A DNA stretch of 64,000 bases from Felis catus (lineage: Eukaryota), in NCBI RefSeq assembly GCF_018350175.1, contig NC_058382.1, positions 50,718,001 through 50,782,000 on the forward strand. Reading direction: 5' to 3'. The notes beneath the pieces were generated by a model, which saw only the letters and a list, made by a program, of their open reading frames with translations, searched no databases and was not told where the DNA came from. Below, piece after piece: positions 24,620-36,889 of the stretch; the first letter of the stretch is position 1, and each line of letters starts with the position of its first letter. The position numbers were made by a program, and so were the translations under genes.

Positions 24620-25930
24620 CAGAGGAGTTGTAAGAGATGGGGACAGCTTGAATTAAGAATGCGGCATTAGGGAGAAGAGAATTGAGTGATTTTTTTTTTT
24701 TTTTACATCAATTACAAGGTGTTTCTGATTAGCTGGGTGTAGGAGTTGAGAGTAAGAGAACTGTGAAGGCTTTTTTTCTTTGGTTTTTAAATGACTTATT
24801 GAGGAATGACTGACATACAAAAAGCTGTATGTGTTTAATGTATACAGCTCGATGAGTTTGGAGATAGCTATATGTTTGTGAAAACATCACCACAGTTGCT
24901 TGAAGCAAAAAAGCAAATCAAAGTCTGCTTATTTTTTATTTTTAAAATTGTTTTAGAGAGAGAACATGAGCAGAAGAGAGGAGCAGAGGGAGAGAGAGAG
25001 AGAGAGAGGGAGGGAGAGAATCTGAAGCAGGCTCCACACTCAGAACAGAGCCCAACACGGGGCTTGATCCCATGACCCTGGGATCATGACCTGAGCCGAA
25101 ATCAAGAGTCGGCCATTCAATGGACTGAGCTACTCAGTACCCCTGGGTTTTTTTTTGTGGTTGTTGTTTATTGTTTTTTGTTTTTGGGGTTTTTTTTGTT
25201 TTTTTTTTGTTGTTGTTGTTGTTGTTTTTTAAACAAAATATCTAGGTGAAATTGTTTTTTCTGAGACCAGTTTCCGAACATCAGGAATGTCAAGGTGTCC
25301 GTCAGGGGTATGTCACATCTGAGCTGTCTGTGCGATATCCGTATCCAAGTGTTGATCAGGCATTTGGGTAAATGAGCTTGAAGCACATCGGGCTGAAAAT
25401 GTAAACTGGGAACTGCTGATATACGGATAGTATTTAAAACCATGGGAATGGTCACGATCATCTAGGAATTGAATAGAGAAGGAGGAGAGATGTTACCTGA
25501 GTCTTGAAAGAAATTCAGTATCTAAGGGATCATATGAAAAGGGAAGCTCGAAAGAGACCGACATATTTCAGAGTTAGAGGAGGAACCATGGCCAGGGTGA
25601 TACACAGAAAGCCAAGAGAGGCGGAGACTGGGAGCAACCAGATTCAATATCGGTGAGCTGTCTGGTAGGATCAGGGCTAAATAATGCTTGCGCGTTTTGC
25701 AGAGCGGGTGTCTGAATCTGGCAGTTTGATTGGCGGGGGATAGGAACACTAAGGAAATGGAGATTATTGGGTGTAGACTACTCTTTTGAGAAACTGCCGA
25801 CGAAGGCAAGGAGAGGACAGAGTGGTAACTGGTGGGTGTGGGGTTCAAGGGTTTCTTTTTAAGTTAGAAATGATTAAGTGAACTGGATGCTGACAGGGCT
25901 GATTAAGTTGAAAGAGATCCAAGATCCTGA
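24620..25930 (-). mobile_element. L2 relic, interrupted by an L1 tail fragment and a SINE
   Basis: Antisense L2-like motifs (aaactgggaactgctgatatacggatagtatttaaaaccatgggaatgg; ctcttttgagaaact...gaagg). Confidence 0.55.
24930..25143 (-). mobile_element. CanSINE
   Basis: Antisense body with GA tract. Confidence 0.88.
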
Positions 25931-26469
25931 ACAGACAGAGAGGTGACCCGGCACCCCGGAGAAATTCCCCTCCAGCCTCTATCGTGGCATGGATGGAGCT
26001 CCAGAAGCAACTTCAAGTGGCTGGGCAGAACCACGAGGCCGAATTTCCCCAAGGTATGACTGAAAGGCTCCCCAAGGAACCTCTTGATCACCTGTGCTAA
26101 GACAGCAGTCGGCCCACACCCAAAGCATCTGCAATCACAGCACCGGACAGGGACTGATGACCCCCCCACCTTCTACCCCTCTTGCTTCACCTCTCCTGTT
26201 AACTCTGGGGAGTAAATGTCCAAAGTGTCCCATCACCCGCATAAACCAGGCCAGTAATGAACTTTTTTTCAGTACTGATTTTTCTGGTTTCCTATTAGAG
26301 ACCGTTTACTTCAGCAGTTTTTCTTTGACTGCCTAAACTGGGCACTGGGCTCCTCCTCCATGTGGTTAACAGACTGGTTCTTATCTGTATTCTCCTCTGT
26401 ACTAGAAGAGGGACCAGAGACAAAGTACTATGTTTTGTTCTTCCATTTATCCAATATGGATTTAACAGG

Positions 26470-26680
26470 TTTTTAATTTTTTGTAATTGTTGATTTATTT
26501 TGAGAGAGCACATGAGCATGAGCAGGGGAGGTAAAGAGAGAAAGGGAGAGAGAGAATCCCAAGCAGGCTCCACCCTGACAGTATGGAGCCCAAAGCAGGG
26601 CTTGATCTCACAAACCATGAGATCATGACCTGAGCCGAAATCAAGAGTCCAACATAACTGACTGAACTACCCAGGCGCCC
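26470..26680 (-). mobile_element. CanSINE
   Basis: Antisense body ending ccaggcgcccc; TSD-like tttaaca. Confidence 0.9.
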
Positions 26681-26871
26681 CAGTTTAACAAGTGTTTATT
26701 AGACATATTTTTAAGTTCTTAGGGCACTTGGTAATGGCTGACCCACCAAGGGCACTACCAGTAAATTTGTTGAATGAATGAATGAATGCATGTACACACG
26801 AATGAATGAAGTCTAGTAGAAGAGTAATCAGAGTTGTTTGGTAGTAATTCTTTGTCTAGAGTACATTGTTC

Positions 26872-27062
26872 TTTTTAATGTTTCTATTTGAGAGAGAGAG
26901 AGAGAGAGAGAATGGGGGAGGGGTAGAGAGAGAGAGAATCTCAAGCAGACTCAGTGCTGTCAGCTCAGAGCCTAACGTGGGGCTCGATCCCAATGAATTG
27001 TGAAATCATGACCTGAGCAGAAATCAAGAGTCAGAGGCTTACCTGTCTGAGCCACCCAGGTG
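26872..27062 (-). mobile_element. CanSINE
   Basis: Antisense body with GA tract. Confidence 0.88.
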
Positions 27063-27899
27063 ATCACCTTGAACTTTGATATTGACTTACTGTGAACGTT
27101 TTATCGTATATTTGCTTAAAACAGTTCCACCCTTTACAAAACTTTGAATCTATAAAGGGATGACACAGATATTTAAAACACCATATTTATTTCAGAATCT
27201 TGCAAACACTTAATTACATTGTTTTATGAAACAAGCTAATGTTCCCCAAGCTCACATAATACGCCAATATAAACAGCATGTAAGAATAATTCTAAGAGAT
27301 TTTTAATTTTCTAAAATCCATTAAAAAGAAAATTTCAGTGACCAACTACGGTTTCCATCAGTGTGCCAGAATGGAGGAACTGTCATCTGCCCTAACCGAA
27401 GGTCCAACTAGAATTGCTCGAGAACTTATTTGCTGTTGGGAATCTAGACACCACTCAAGATGGTCACAAAATACTTCAGCACCTTAGAAAGCACATTTTC
27501 ATTCTCTGGCATTAAGGTGTCCATTTTCTCTGGCGTGTGGCTAAGAACTCCAAAGGTAGAGGCCTGGGGTCTCACGTTTACTTTGTAAACAACATGCAAA
27601 TATATTGGAGCGGTACTGTATTTACTGCCATCGTCTTCTGAAAACTAAAACATGAGCCCTTCACCCCTCCCCCCATGTCCAATCTCAGAAGAAGGTCCAA
27701 GCAGGTGTGGGGTCGGTTACACTGGGAAACCTTTTCCCTTAACTTCACCTCAAGTCGTGGGCGGTTTGAGAACAGAAGCCGTGTGCAATTCATGCTTTCT
27801 ACCCAGAGTTTAGAGTAGCATCCGGCTTTTAGGAAAAGCACAATATTTTCATTAACTCAATGAAGACCTATGTGAAGTTCTTCCAGCATCGATCCACGA

Positions 27900-28060
27900 G
27901 CAATAGATTGAATGGCGAAGTAATGACTCAGGGCCCAAAACTGTCACCAAAGCCTGTTGCCCCGTGTGCTTTATCACTGGCATTCAGGGGGAAGAGCTAG
28001 CAGCGAACGTAAACATGTTTCCCTGGCTAAGGGGACTTCCGCTTTCCGGGTGAGCGCGTA
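27900..28060. promoter_or_regulatory. Candidate enhancer/promoter motif cluster
   Basis: TGACTCA, GTAAACA, AAACATGTTT, GGGGACTTCC, ACTTCCG and TTTCCGG within about 130 bp, with locally raised CpG. Confidence 0.3.
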
Positions 28061-28384
28061 AGGCGCTTGGAAGTCTCCATTGGGTCCTAACAGCAAGTGT
28101 GAAAATCAGCAGCTCTTCGTGGATTCGTAAGAGAGGGGACGACGCAGGCAAACACAGGGAGGCACAGCTTCCCAGAGCAGAAGCTGGGTGGAAACCAGGC
28201 AGGAACCAGGGCTGCGGTAGGGGGCCTGGGTTGTAACTGACCAATTGCCAGACAAATCAGAATTACAAACTCTGGGGGTTGGGGGGGGTGCCTTTCATAA
28301 CGGCTTTCCCACAACACTGTGAGATTTTACCTTCAGGAGCCGAACCAGGTGCCCACAGTAAATACCAGGAAAAAGAAAGTCTCT

Positions 28385-28493
28385 GCCCTACAGCACAGAG
28401 ACTGACATGGGGCTGATCTCCCTAGCGGTGAGATGATGGCCTGAGCTGAAACCAAGAGTCAGAGGCTTAAATGGTTGAGCCACCGAGGTACCC
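28385..28493 (-). mobile_element. CanSINE 5' half
   Basis: cctgagctgaaaccaagagtcagaggcttaa...gagccaccgaggtaccc. Confidence 0.75.
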
Positions 28494-28823
28494 TGATGCT
28501 TCTTTGAAACATGTATCTCCTATCCATTTTGTGCATTTATTTCATTTCCCAAAATTGATGTCTATTTATTAAAACTTAAACCTTTCTTGCGACATCTAAG
28601 AGACACGTGTGTTTATACCTGCTCTGACTCAGGTATGAGTGTGCCTTGTATCTCCTTATGTACATGTGCCAGTGAGGAGAAGAGGGAGTGGAAGCAGAGT
28701 ACGGATGCAGCCATAGACGGAGGGACTGACGGGATCTGCCCCGGTAGTGCTCCGTACTATAGAGTTTAGACTAAAACTGAGCTCTTCAGTTTTCACAGAC
28801 AATTCAAAATTTACGTGTTTTAT

Positions 28824-29032
28824 GGGCATATTGGTGGTTCAGTCGGTTGAGAATCAGACTCTTGATTTCAACTCAGGTCATGATCCCAGGGTCATGGGAT
28901 TGACACCCACATCGAGCCCAGTGTTGGGCTCCCCACTGAGTGTGGAGCCTGCTTAAGATGCTTTCTCTCTCTCTGTCTGTCTCTCTCTCTCTGCCCCTCT
29001 CCCTCCCTCTCTCTCTAAAAGGAATTAAAAAA
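28824..29032 (+). mobile_element. CanSINE
   Basis: Diverged head, CT tract, A tail. Confidence 0.85.
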
Positions 29033-29699
29033 ATGTTTAAATGCCCATATTTTACACACATACAACCAAGTAAATGCAAAGCTCCAAGAGCCATTTACAC
29101 AGCTATCCTCTTTAACAGAAAGCCTTTTGCCAATGCAAGAGAATAGACTGGTTAGCGAAATGCCATTAGGTTTCTCTCCAGTCATCAATCTGTTAATCCC
29201 CCTGGTCTGCATGGTCTCTGGAGCTTTGGCCACAGATAATACGTTTACAGACACTGCCCGCAGGCCTGAGCCCAGATGTCCCTTTAGCCATTTCCACAGA
29301 GTGAATGATTAAATTCAACCATAGAATTTTTTACCCAAACATTTCCATTCAGACTCTGCCCCATTTCTTCACCACTCTGAACGATACCCAAAGAATAAAA
29401 GGAAATGAACAAAAGTGATTGGTTCATACAAGGAACATAAGGATTTCTGGGCAATGTAAAAAAGGGGCTGGAACAGAGGCCAAGTGTTGATGGAGTCATG
29501 AACTCATCTCCCCCAGAGCTGCAGGTGTTCATTTAAAGCAACAGGCTCTATACAACGTTTTCTGCGCTGGTGGTTTCGGGAGTCTTGAAAATCCACTGAG
29601 GGATTTTTTTCCTTTAGCCAAATATCTGTTTCTTAAGGCATGAAAATTACGAGTATCTGAAAGAAAGTAGGGTTGTCCTTTCCCTTTAGTGGCTCTCTG

Positions 29700-30202
29700 T
29701 CTGCTGTCTCACATGGTGGCCTGTGGCTGCATGTTGCTCTGAAGGATAGGAAATGTGGCTGATCCAAATTAAGATGTGCTATAAATGGAAAATACACACT
29801 GAATTTTAAACATTTAAAAACATTGTAGGTTGAAATACCATTTTGGATATCTTGGATTATTTAAAAAAAATTTTTTTAATGTTTATTCATTTTTGAGAGA
29901 CACAGAGCACAAGTGGGGGAGGAACAGAGAGAGAGGGAGACAGAATCGGAAGCAGGCTCCAGACTCTGAGCTGTCAACACGGAGCCCGACGTGGGGCTTG
30001 AATTCATGAGCCACGAAATCATGACCTGAGCCGAAGTCGGACCCCCAACTGACTGAGCCACCCAGGCACCTCTTGGATATCTTGGATTAAATAGGATATG
30101 TTATTGAAGTCAATCTTACTTGTTTCTTTCTACTTTAAATGTGATCACTGGAAATGTTTAAATGACCAAAGTAGCTCACTTTACGTTACTACTGGTCAGG
30201 GC
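29700..30202 (+). mobile_element. MER33-like hAT-Charlie element split by a SINE
   Basis: gaaatgtggctgatccaaattaagatgtgctataaatggaaaatacacac resembles the recalled MER33 consensus. Confidence 0.75.
29868..30071 (-). mobile_element. CanSINE inside MER33
   Basis: Antisense body; 17-bp TSD ttggatatcttggatta. Confidence 0.92.
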
Positions 30203-30559
30203 CACTCTGTAGAGTTCTCTTCTTCAACAGTAAAAAGGGAGAAATGAGCTAAGTCATTCTTGACCTTTATGATTTTCTTGAGCAGAGAACCCGTCTCGTC
30301 TGCACTCTCTAAACCCTCGTACACCATGCCTGAGGCCGTGGAGTGGATGGAGAGCCTTCAAATGCTTCCTAGTTCCTTTAAAATTAAGTAGTGGTGTCCT
30401 TTTAAACCCAAACGTTAGCCCTTTTCCTCTCAGACCCCCATTACTTACCCTGCAAAATACAAGTTAGAGCAATGTTGTTAAGGCCCATTTCCTGATCATC
30501 GCCCTGCACATGCGTTAAGTCCAGTGTGCTTTAGAGTCTCGTCACTGTGTCATTTGACC

Positions 30560-30945
30560 GCTGAGGCCTGTTGGTTGCATGCAACGGAAAACAACTCTGA
30601 TAACCGAAGCAGGAAAATAAATGCACTGGAAGGACATCTAATGCCTACAAAAGCGCCCAGAAAGTGGGAGAACAGGCTTACTGAGTTGGTGGGAACTGAA
30701 AGAGGGGACACACCATCCCCTCCATTAAATAATAATGTCCATGTTTTCATTGACCCGGTAACTGTCTCTCCTCCTCAAATCCTACATGGGAGCCTGTGAT
30801 TGGCATGGTGACCCATACCCATGGCCCTAACCACCACAAGAGGCTTAAGCTGACCCACAGGGAGGCAGATCCCCACCCACCATCAGGACTCACACGATGG
30901 AGCCTATCCCAAATGTGAGAAAGGCATTCAGACTCTGGGTATTAA
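30560..30945 (-). mobile_element. Old MLT1 (MaLR) LTR relic
   Basis: ttggttgcatgcaacggaaaacaactctg...aagcaggaaaataaatgcactggaagga resembles the antisense 3' end of old MLT1 LTRs. Confidence 0.5.
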
Positions 30946-32519
30946 TTTTTATTAACAAGCATCCCTCCAGATCCCTCCAGAAATAGTGCCTCTGTGGTAC
31001 AGAAGAGCAGACAGGAAGGTTGGCAGTAGGGCTGACACAGAAATTTGAAATTCATATTTTTAGTGGAAAAGATGCTGGTGTCTTAAACACAGCATGGTTT
31101 TAAAAGCATCAGCTTATGAAAATAAACTGTGATTTAGACTGAACAAAAATTTCCCGTGCTTCCCAAAATGAAACCGGCCTTCTCAATGTGTTTCTAATGA
31201 GGACTGAATCTGAGTTTCAGAACCTTTCGATTTTTTCAATCTACAGACATTTATTGACCTATTAGTCTTAGTTCAGCCTCTAAGAATGGGAGATCAAGGA
31301 ACAGCAGATAATTGCATATAGACATTTCCATTAAAGGGGACCATGTAGGGCTTTCTGCGGTTGTTAATGGTCTGTTGACACTCAGTAGGAGAGAAACTCG
31401 TTATATTCCTGACTTTATAGAGAGCTATGCCTATAATTAGCTAGACATTGCTTAGGGTACTCATTTAATTGCAATTATCAAATTTTAAAAATCCCCCTTT
31501 TCTTTACTTAAAAATATATACCATCAAAGCCATCCATGCACATCCAAAGGAAGAATAGCGCTCAAGGGCTGGCCTATCATGAAAAACCAAACCGGTCCTT
31601 GCCCTCATCTACTTTAACCATTTTTTAAATTTTTATTATTGCAGAGGTTACACACACAACTTTAAATTAAGCATTCATACTGCAATTTAAAAAAGTCTAT
31701 TATCTAGACCCAAGGCACCAAGTGACAACGTTCCCACTTTGTATTTCACAGTCTGTTGATTCCAGATCATCACAAACAACTGTAATTGGTGGGTACAAAG
31801 TAAAGATCACAACGGAAGAATTAAAGGGACTGAAACAGAGGTTTTTCCAGTGACCGTTTTCTAGTCTGACTTGGCCTCCCTCTGTCTCTTCCTGCAAGGG
31901 GCCAACTTGGGATAAATTGTCAAGGTGACTGCGCATGTCTTGAGTCTTTCTATGAGAACGGAGGGAACCACACCTTTCGTCCTGAGCTGCTGTGTGGCCC
32001 AGAGGCTGTTACAACTGTCCTTCTGGAACGGCCAGGGCAAGAGCTACTCTCTCCCCAAACTTGGTCTGGTTTGTCTTCGGTCTGTTGACGGCTCAGCGGC
32101 CAGAACGCAGCTGCTGTTTGCAGCTCCGTTCTTTTCCCTTAGCAAACTCAAGCCAAGAGAAAATGTGAAGGAAGCAGAATATTTATTTTTGGCACTTGTT
32201 CATCTACTCAGGCTGTAATGTCATAAATAGAATAATCTGAACAGCAGGATGTACCAAGCCCCGTGGTGTGGATGTCAAAAATCAAATCAGGGGACTAGTC
32301 CTCTATTATTTGAAGCGAAAGCTAGTATTTCTCTTTTTGTTGCTGTGTGAGTGTGCACGTGTGTTTTATTGTACACACACGCACAAATATTGATAGAGAT
32401 AATGCTCTAATTAAATAGGCTTTGCAACGATACTTTGGAAAACACGTACGTGAATAGGACTTCAGTTTAAACTATAATTATCCCGGTGATAAAAGCTCAG
32501 GTATTGGTAAAAATTCTGC

Positions 32520-32870
32520 CCTCTTGACACAAAATCTGATTTCTTGCATTAGTTCCCATTTTAATAAATGGCAATTGCCGTCCTTTTGATGGCTCTGGTC
32601 AAAACACGTGGAATTATCCTAGTTCTTCTGTGTATTGTCACTAGTTACAACTAATCCATCAATAAAACTGCTCAGCTGTACAATCCAAATATGTTCACAA
32701 CCCAACCACTTTTCAGCACCTTCCATGATTAGCTTCTCGGCCCAACACCATCTGTTAATGGAGTTTTGCACGAACTATTCTCCCTCTTCATCTGCAGTTG
32801 TGTTAGATTCCCAGTCTGATCATAGTAATGTCCCTGCCATGTCTCTGTCTCATGCTGGCTTTCCGTCTTC
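32520..32870 (+). mobile_element. L2 relic
   Basis: aataaatggcaattgccgtcc...ggtcaaaacacgtggaattatcct...aatccatcaataa. Confidence 0.5.
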
Positions 32871-32882
32871 AAATTGTGGGTT

Positions 32883-32915
<33 letters not shown>

Positions 32916-33242
32916 TCTTTTGGTGTGTCTTGTAATTTTTAAATAGCCAGACCTGATGTACCAGGTAAAAGGAACTGTAAAGAGGTAACGTAGCCGGGAG
33001 GTGTGGGTGGAGGAGAATGTTCTGTAGCCCGTGCCTCCTGCCTGTGAACTTCACACGCCTTCCGCTGCTTTGTGTCCCCGCAGAGGCGGGACAGGATGGC
33101 CAGAGCAGGCTGAACTTGAGGACTTCCCTTCTCCCATGTGGAAGCCAAAGTTGGCTATCTCCCTGCCCAGGATCTGTTAGGCTTGGTCCAGCAGTTTCTC
33201 CTGAAGGCAGGTCTCCTTAAGAACAGAGCACTCTGGTGTGTA

Positions 33243-33730
33243 TTTATTTTTATTTAGTTTTTTTATAAGTTCTTATTTCAGTTATAGGTAGTTAGCACAC
33301 AGCGTAATGTTAGTTTCAGGTGTACGACACAGTGATTCAACAATCCTGCCCCACATCCCGTGTCCATCACAACAAGTGCCCTTCTTCATCCCCACCTCCT
33401 ACTTCACATGTTCCCTGTCAGTAACTATCGGTTTGTTCACTATAGTTGCAAGTCCGTTTCTTGGTTTGCCTCTTTTTCCCTTTGCTCATTGGTTTTTCTT
33501 AAATTCTACACATTACTGAAGTCGTATGGCATTTTTCTTTCTCTGACAGACTTGTTTCACTTGGCATTATACCCTCTAGCTCCACCCATGTCGTTGCAAA
33601 TGGCAAGACTTCATTCTTCATGGCTGAGTAATATTCCATTGTACATATATACCACATCGTCCTTATCCATTCATCATTCAGTGGACACCTAGACTGTTTT
33701 CGTAATTTGACCATCGTAGATAGTGCTGGT
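33243..33730 (-). mobile_element. L1 3' end (carnivore type), 5'-truncated
   Basis: ttagtttcaggtgtacgacacagtgattcaacaatc...ttatccattcatc; TSD tggtgtgt (33234 / 33731). Confidence 0.9.
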
Positions 33731-33790
33731 TGGTGTGTTTTTAAGCATTCCTCACCCCTCTTCCCGACTTCTGCTTCCAGAAGCAGAAGT

Positions 33791-33877
33791 TTGGGATTCT
33801 CTCTCTCCCTCTCTCTATGCCCCTCCCTTGCTCCCTCTTTCTCTCTCTCTCAAAATAAATAAACTTAAAAAAATAAA
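33791..33877 (+). mobile_element. CanSINE 3' half
   Basis: ttgggattctctctct...caaaataaataaacttaaaa. Confidence 0.8.
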
Positions 33878-33919
33878 CACATTTTATTTTTAAAAGAAGT
33901 TTTAATCCTTGAAAAAATG

Positions 33920-34125
33920 TTGTCTTATTGAGGTGTACTTAATATACAAAAACCTGGACATATTTGATATGTACATTTTGACAAGTCTGGACAGATGCAT
34001 GTACCCATGATACCATCAGCACAATCAAGGTAGTAAACATATCCATCACCTCCAAAAGATTTCTTGTGTCACTTTCCTTTTTTATTTTTTGTGGTAAGAA
34101 CACTTCACATAAGATCTAACCTCTT
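33920..34125 (-). mobile_element. L1MA/MB-like 3' tail fragment
   Basis: ttattgaggtgtactt...acaatcaaggtagtaaacatatccatcacctccaaaa. Confidence 0.7.
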
Positions 34126-34299
34126 TCTAATATATTATCTTTTGCTGCATGCATTCCTTCCACAATTACTAACTGCCAAATTTTTTTTCAGGCTTGAATT
34201 AAACATGCAGTATGCTAAAAATAAGATATACACAATCCCTACCTTTCAGAAAGCAAAATATGCTTTATTAGCTAGGCATCTGAAATACATCAAATCTGA

Positions 34300-34640
34300 G
34301 GCATAATATGACTCATATTGAGGAGTTTAGCCTTTGTTTAAAGGCTTTGGGAAGGATTTAAAGAACCTAGTTGGCATAATTACGTGCGTGTATAGGAAAT
34401 ATTAGTCAGGCTACAGGTGAAAATGAGAAAGAAGAACAGAGTGAGTCATGTGACAAGACCAGAAGGAAGTGGATATGTTCACAAAGTGGGACGTGGTGGT
34501 GCCTGAACCAGGGCTTGGGAATATGAATGAAAAGAACCAGCAAGGTTTCAGAAATACTTGGCACGTGAACTGGCCTGACTTGGTGATTGGATCTATAGCT
34601 GAGGTGAGAAAGAAGAAAGAGACGAAATCTCTCCCCAGCG
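34300..34640 (-). mobile_element. L2 relic
   Basis: aggagtttagccttt...gggaaggatttaaag...gacttggtgattggat. Confidence 0.5.
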
Positions 34641-35019
34641 AATTTAACAACATATGTACTGAAATTGAATATGTAACTACTCAGATACAGTCTCAAAACC
34701 TCCTAGAGAGGCAAGCTTCCGCCTGTCAGTCAGGATTCCACATATGTAGCATCAGAATGAGTCAACAGATGTCATTGTGTTATGATTCAGTATTTAATGA
34801 AGTGACAGGAGACAAGGAGTTCTAGAAAGAAACTTTTCTCAGCTTGCACAGGTAAAAAGTTGGTTTTGAAACCTGGTATGTTGGCTAGCTATTTCTTAAA
34901 ACAACCTATATTTATCATCTCACGTTTTGTGCATCACAAGTCCAGGAATGACCTAGTTGGATCCCCCTGTCAGTGGCTAACGAAGGTACCATCAATCTGC
35001 CAGCCAAGGTATCAGTTTT

Positions 35020-35240
35020 TTTTTTAAATTTTTTTTTCAACGTTTATTTATTTTTGAGACAGGGAGAGACAGAGCATGAACGGGGGAGGGTCAGAGAGAG
35101 AGGGAGACACAGACTCCGAAACAGGCTCCAGGCTCCGAGCCATCAGCCCAGAGCCCGACGTGGGGCTCGAACTCATGGACCTCGAGATCATGACCTGGCT
35201 GAAGTCGGACGCTTAACCGACTGCGCCACCCAGGCACCCC
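35020..35240 (-). mobile_element. Young felid SINE (SINEC_Fc-type)
   Basis: TSD caaggtatcagtttt (35005 / 35242). Confidence 0.95.
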
Positions 35241-35349
35241 TCAAGGTATCAGTTTTATCTGAGGCTCAGCTGGGGAAGGATCCCATTTTAAGCTCCTGGG
35301 GTTGTTGGCAGAATTCAGTCCCTTTGGAAACTATTGGGCTTTACAGAAA

Positions 35350-35492
35350 TTTTTCTTTTCTTTGTTTTCTTTTTTCTTTCTTTCTTTTCTTCCTTCCTTC
35401 CTTTTCCTTTTCCTTTTCCTTTTCCTTTTCCTTTTCCTTTCTCTCTCTCTCTCTCTCTATCTCTCTCTCCCCTGCCCTCCCTCCCTTTCTTT
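35350..35492. repeat. Polypyrimidine repeat including (TTTTCC)n and (CT)n
   Basis: Directly visible. Confidence 0.85.
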
Positions 35493-36889
35493 CTGCTGTG
35501 TTGTGGACAGAGGGTGCCCTCAGGTGTTTATCACATGGTTCCCTTCATAGGCCAGTCCACAACATGGCAGCTGGCTTCTTCAAAGGCAGCAAAGGAGAAA
35601 ATGTCTCCTAGCAAGACAACTGTTGCAATCTTACATGATGTGATCACATGTAACCTGTCATCATTGCTGTGTTCTACAGGTTAGAAGGAAGTCACAGGTC
35701 TGGCCCACACTCAAGGGCAGGAGGTTATAAAGGAGTATGGGGAGATGGGGGGTCACGGGGGTAACACACATGAATACAATTCCCGTAAGCCCCTAGGTTG
35801 TTATTCCTATCTAATTCTCAGGCATTTAGGGATAAAGTAATACCTAATGTGAAACAGTGGTATCGTATAAACGTATCTTTCTTGTTCTTTGCCTGTCTTA
35901 TCTGTTTCTGTTCAGTATATAAAAAGTTTTGTTTATAAACTTCAACTAAGTAATTATCCAAAACTAGTCGACTCAAAGAAAATACAACATTATCTTCTAA
36001 AGCGGTGAAAATTATGTCGCTGAAGCTCTGGGGATATCATTGTGAGCAAAGAAAATAGAAGCTTACGGAAAAAAAATGTCTTAGTAACAGGGTTTCCAGT
36101 AATTCAATTCAACTTCTTGAAGCCTCTTTCTATTCTCATATCCTTTGGTGTAATCCCTGATGAGTATTCTGTATGTGCAGTAACACAAACAGGCATCCAT
36201 TTGGCACAATTTGAGTACTGACTGGCAGGAAATGTATAGAGGAGATCACAGAGCTGCTCTTGCCGTTGGCTGTTCATCTTTTCTACCAAGCCTTACTGAG
36301 CAGGATGAGAGGGAAATAATAATGCCTAATATCTCTAATACCACACTTGTATCAGCAGTGAAGGTAGATATGTTTGTTCCACACATTTGGTCATTTATGA
36401 AGTTCACCTGTAACAACCATGTCAAAACCCAGCGAGCAAATGGCAGGGCACATGTAGTCTTGTGTATGGCATCTGTTCACCATTTCTCAGCCACTATGGG
36501 CCACGTCCTTGCCTAAGACTTGGTCACAACAGATAAGTTGACTTCTGTTTTAATGCCGCCTTTTTCCTCAGCTTGGCTTTAGTGAGGTAGGTGTTCTGAT
36601 AATTATTCAGCTCAGATTCCAAAGAGTTTAAAATCCATGCTGAGGTGAGCAAAGACACGAAGGTGGAACTCTAATGGGAGAAGATGCCTGTATTCATCAA
36701 ATTTTAGTGATCACCATTTCTTTATACCTCTAGACTGCAGAATACTTTCAACCGAGGGCACAGATCCATGCATGGGTATATAAATACTACTCACTGTATT
36801 TTTACTTATGTTTCCCAAAGTCTATTCTATTGCCCTTGCATCCTATGTGCATGCAGTGACCTTCCCATAGATCTGGGAATATCAGGTTT

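Larger units (their letters stand above)
34890..35762 (-). mobile_element. MLT1 (MaLR) LTR split by a SINE and a CT-rich repeat
   Basis: cttaaaacaac..atttatcatctcac; gttgttggcagaattcagt; cacaacatggcagctggcttc; gaagtcacaggtctggcccacactcaaggg. Confidence 0.8.

Noticed and set aside
31735..31855. Strong plus-strand acceptor followed by a 33-codon open frame
   Set aside because: No homology recognised, and only a weak donor giving a 37-nt exon.
34973..35611. 212-aa ORF
   Set aside because: Read-through of MLT1, a SINE and a CT repeat.
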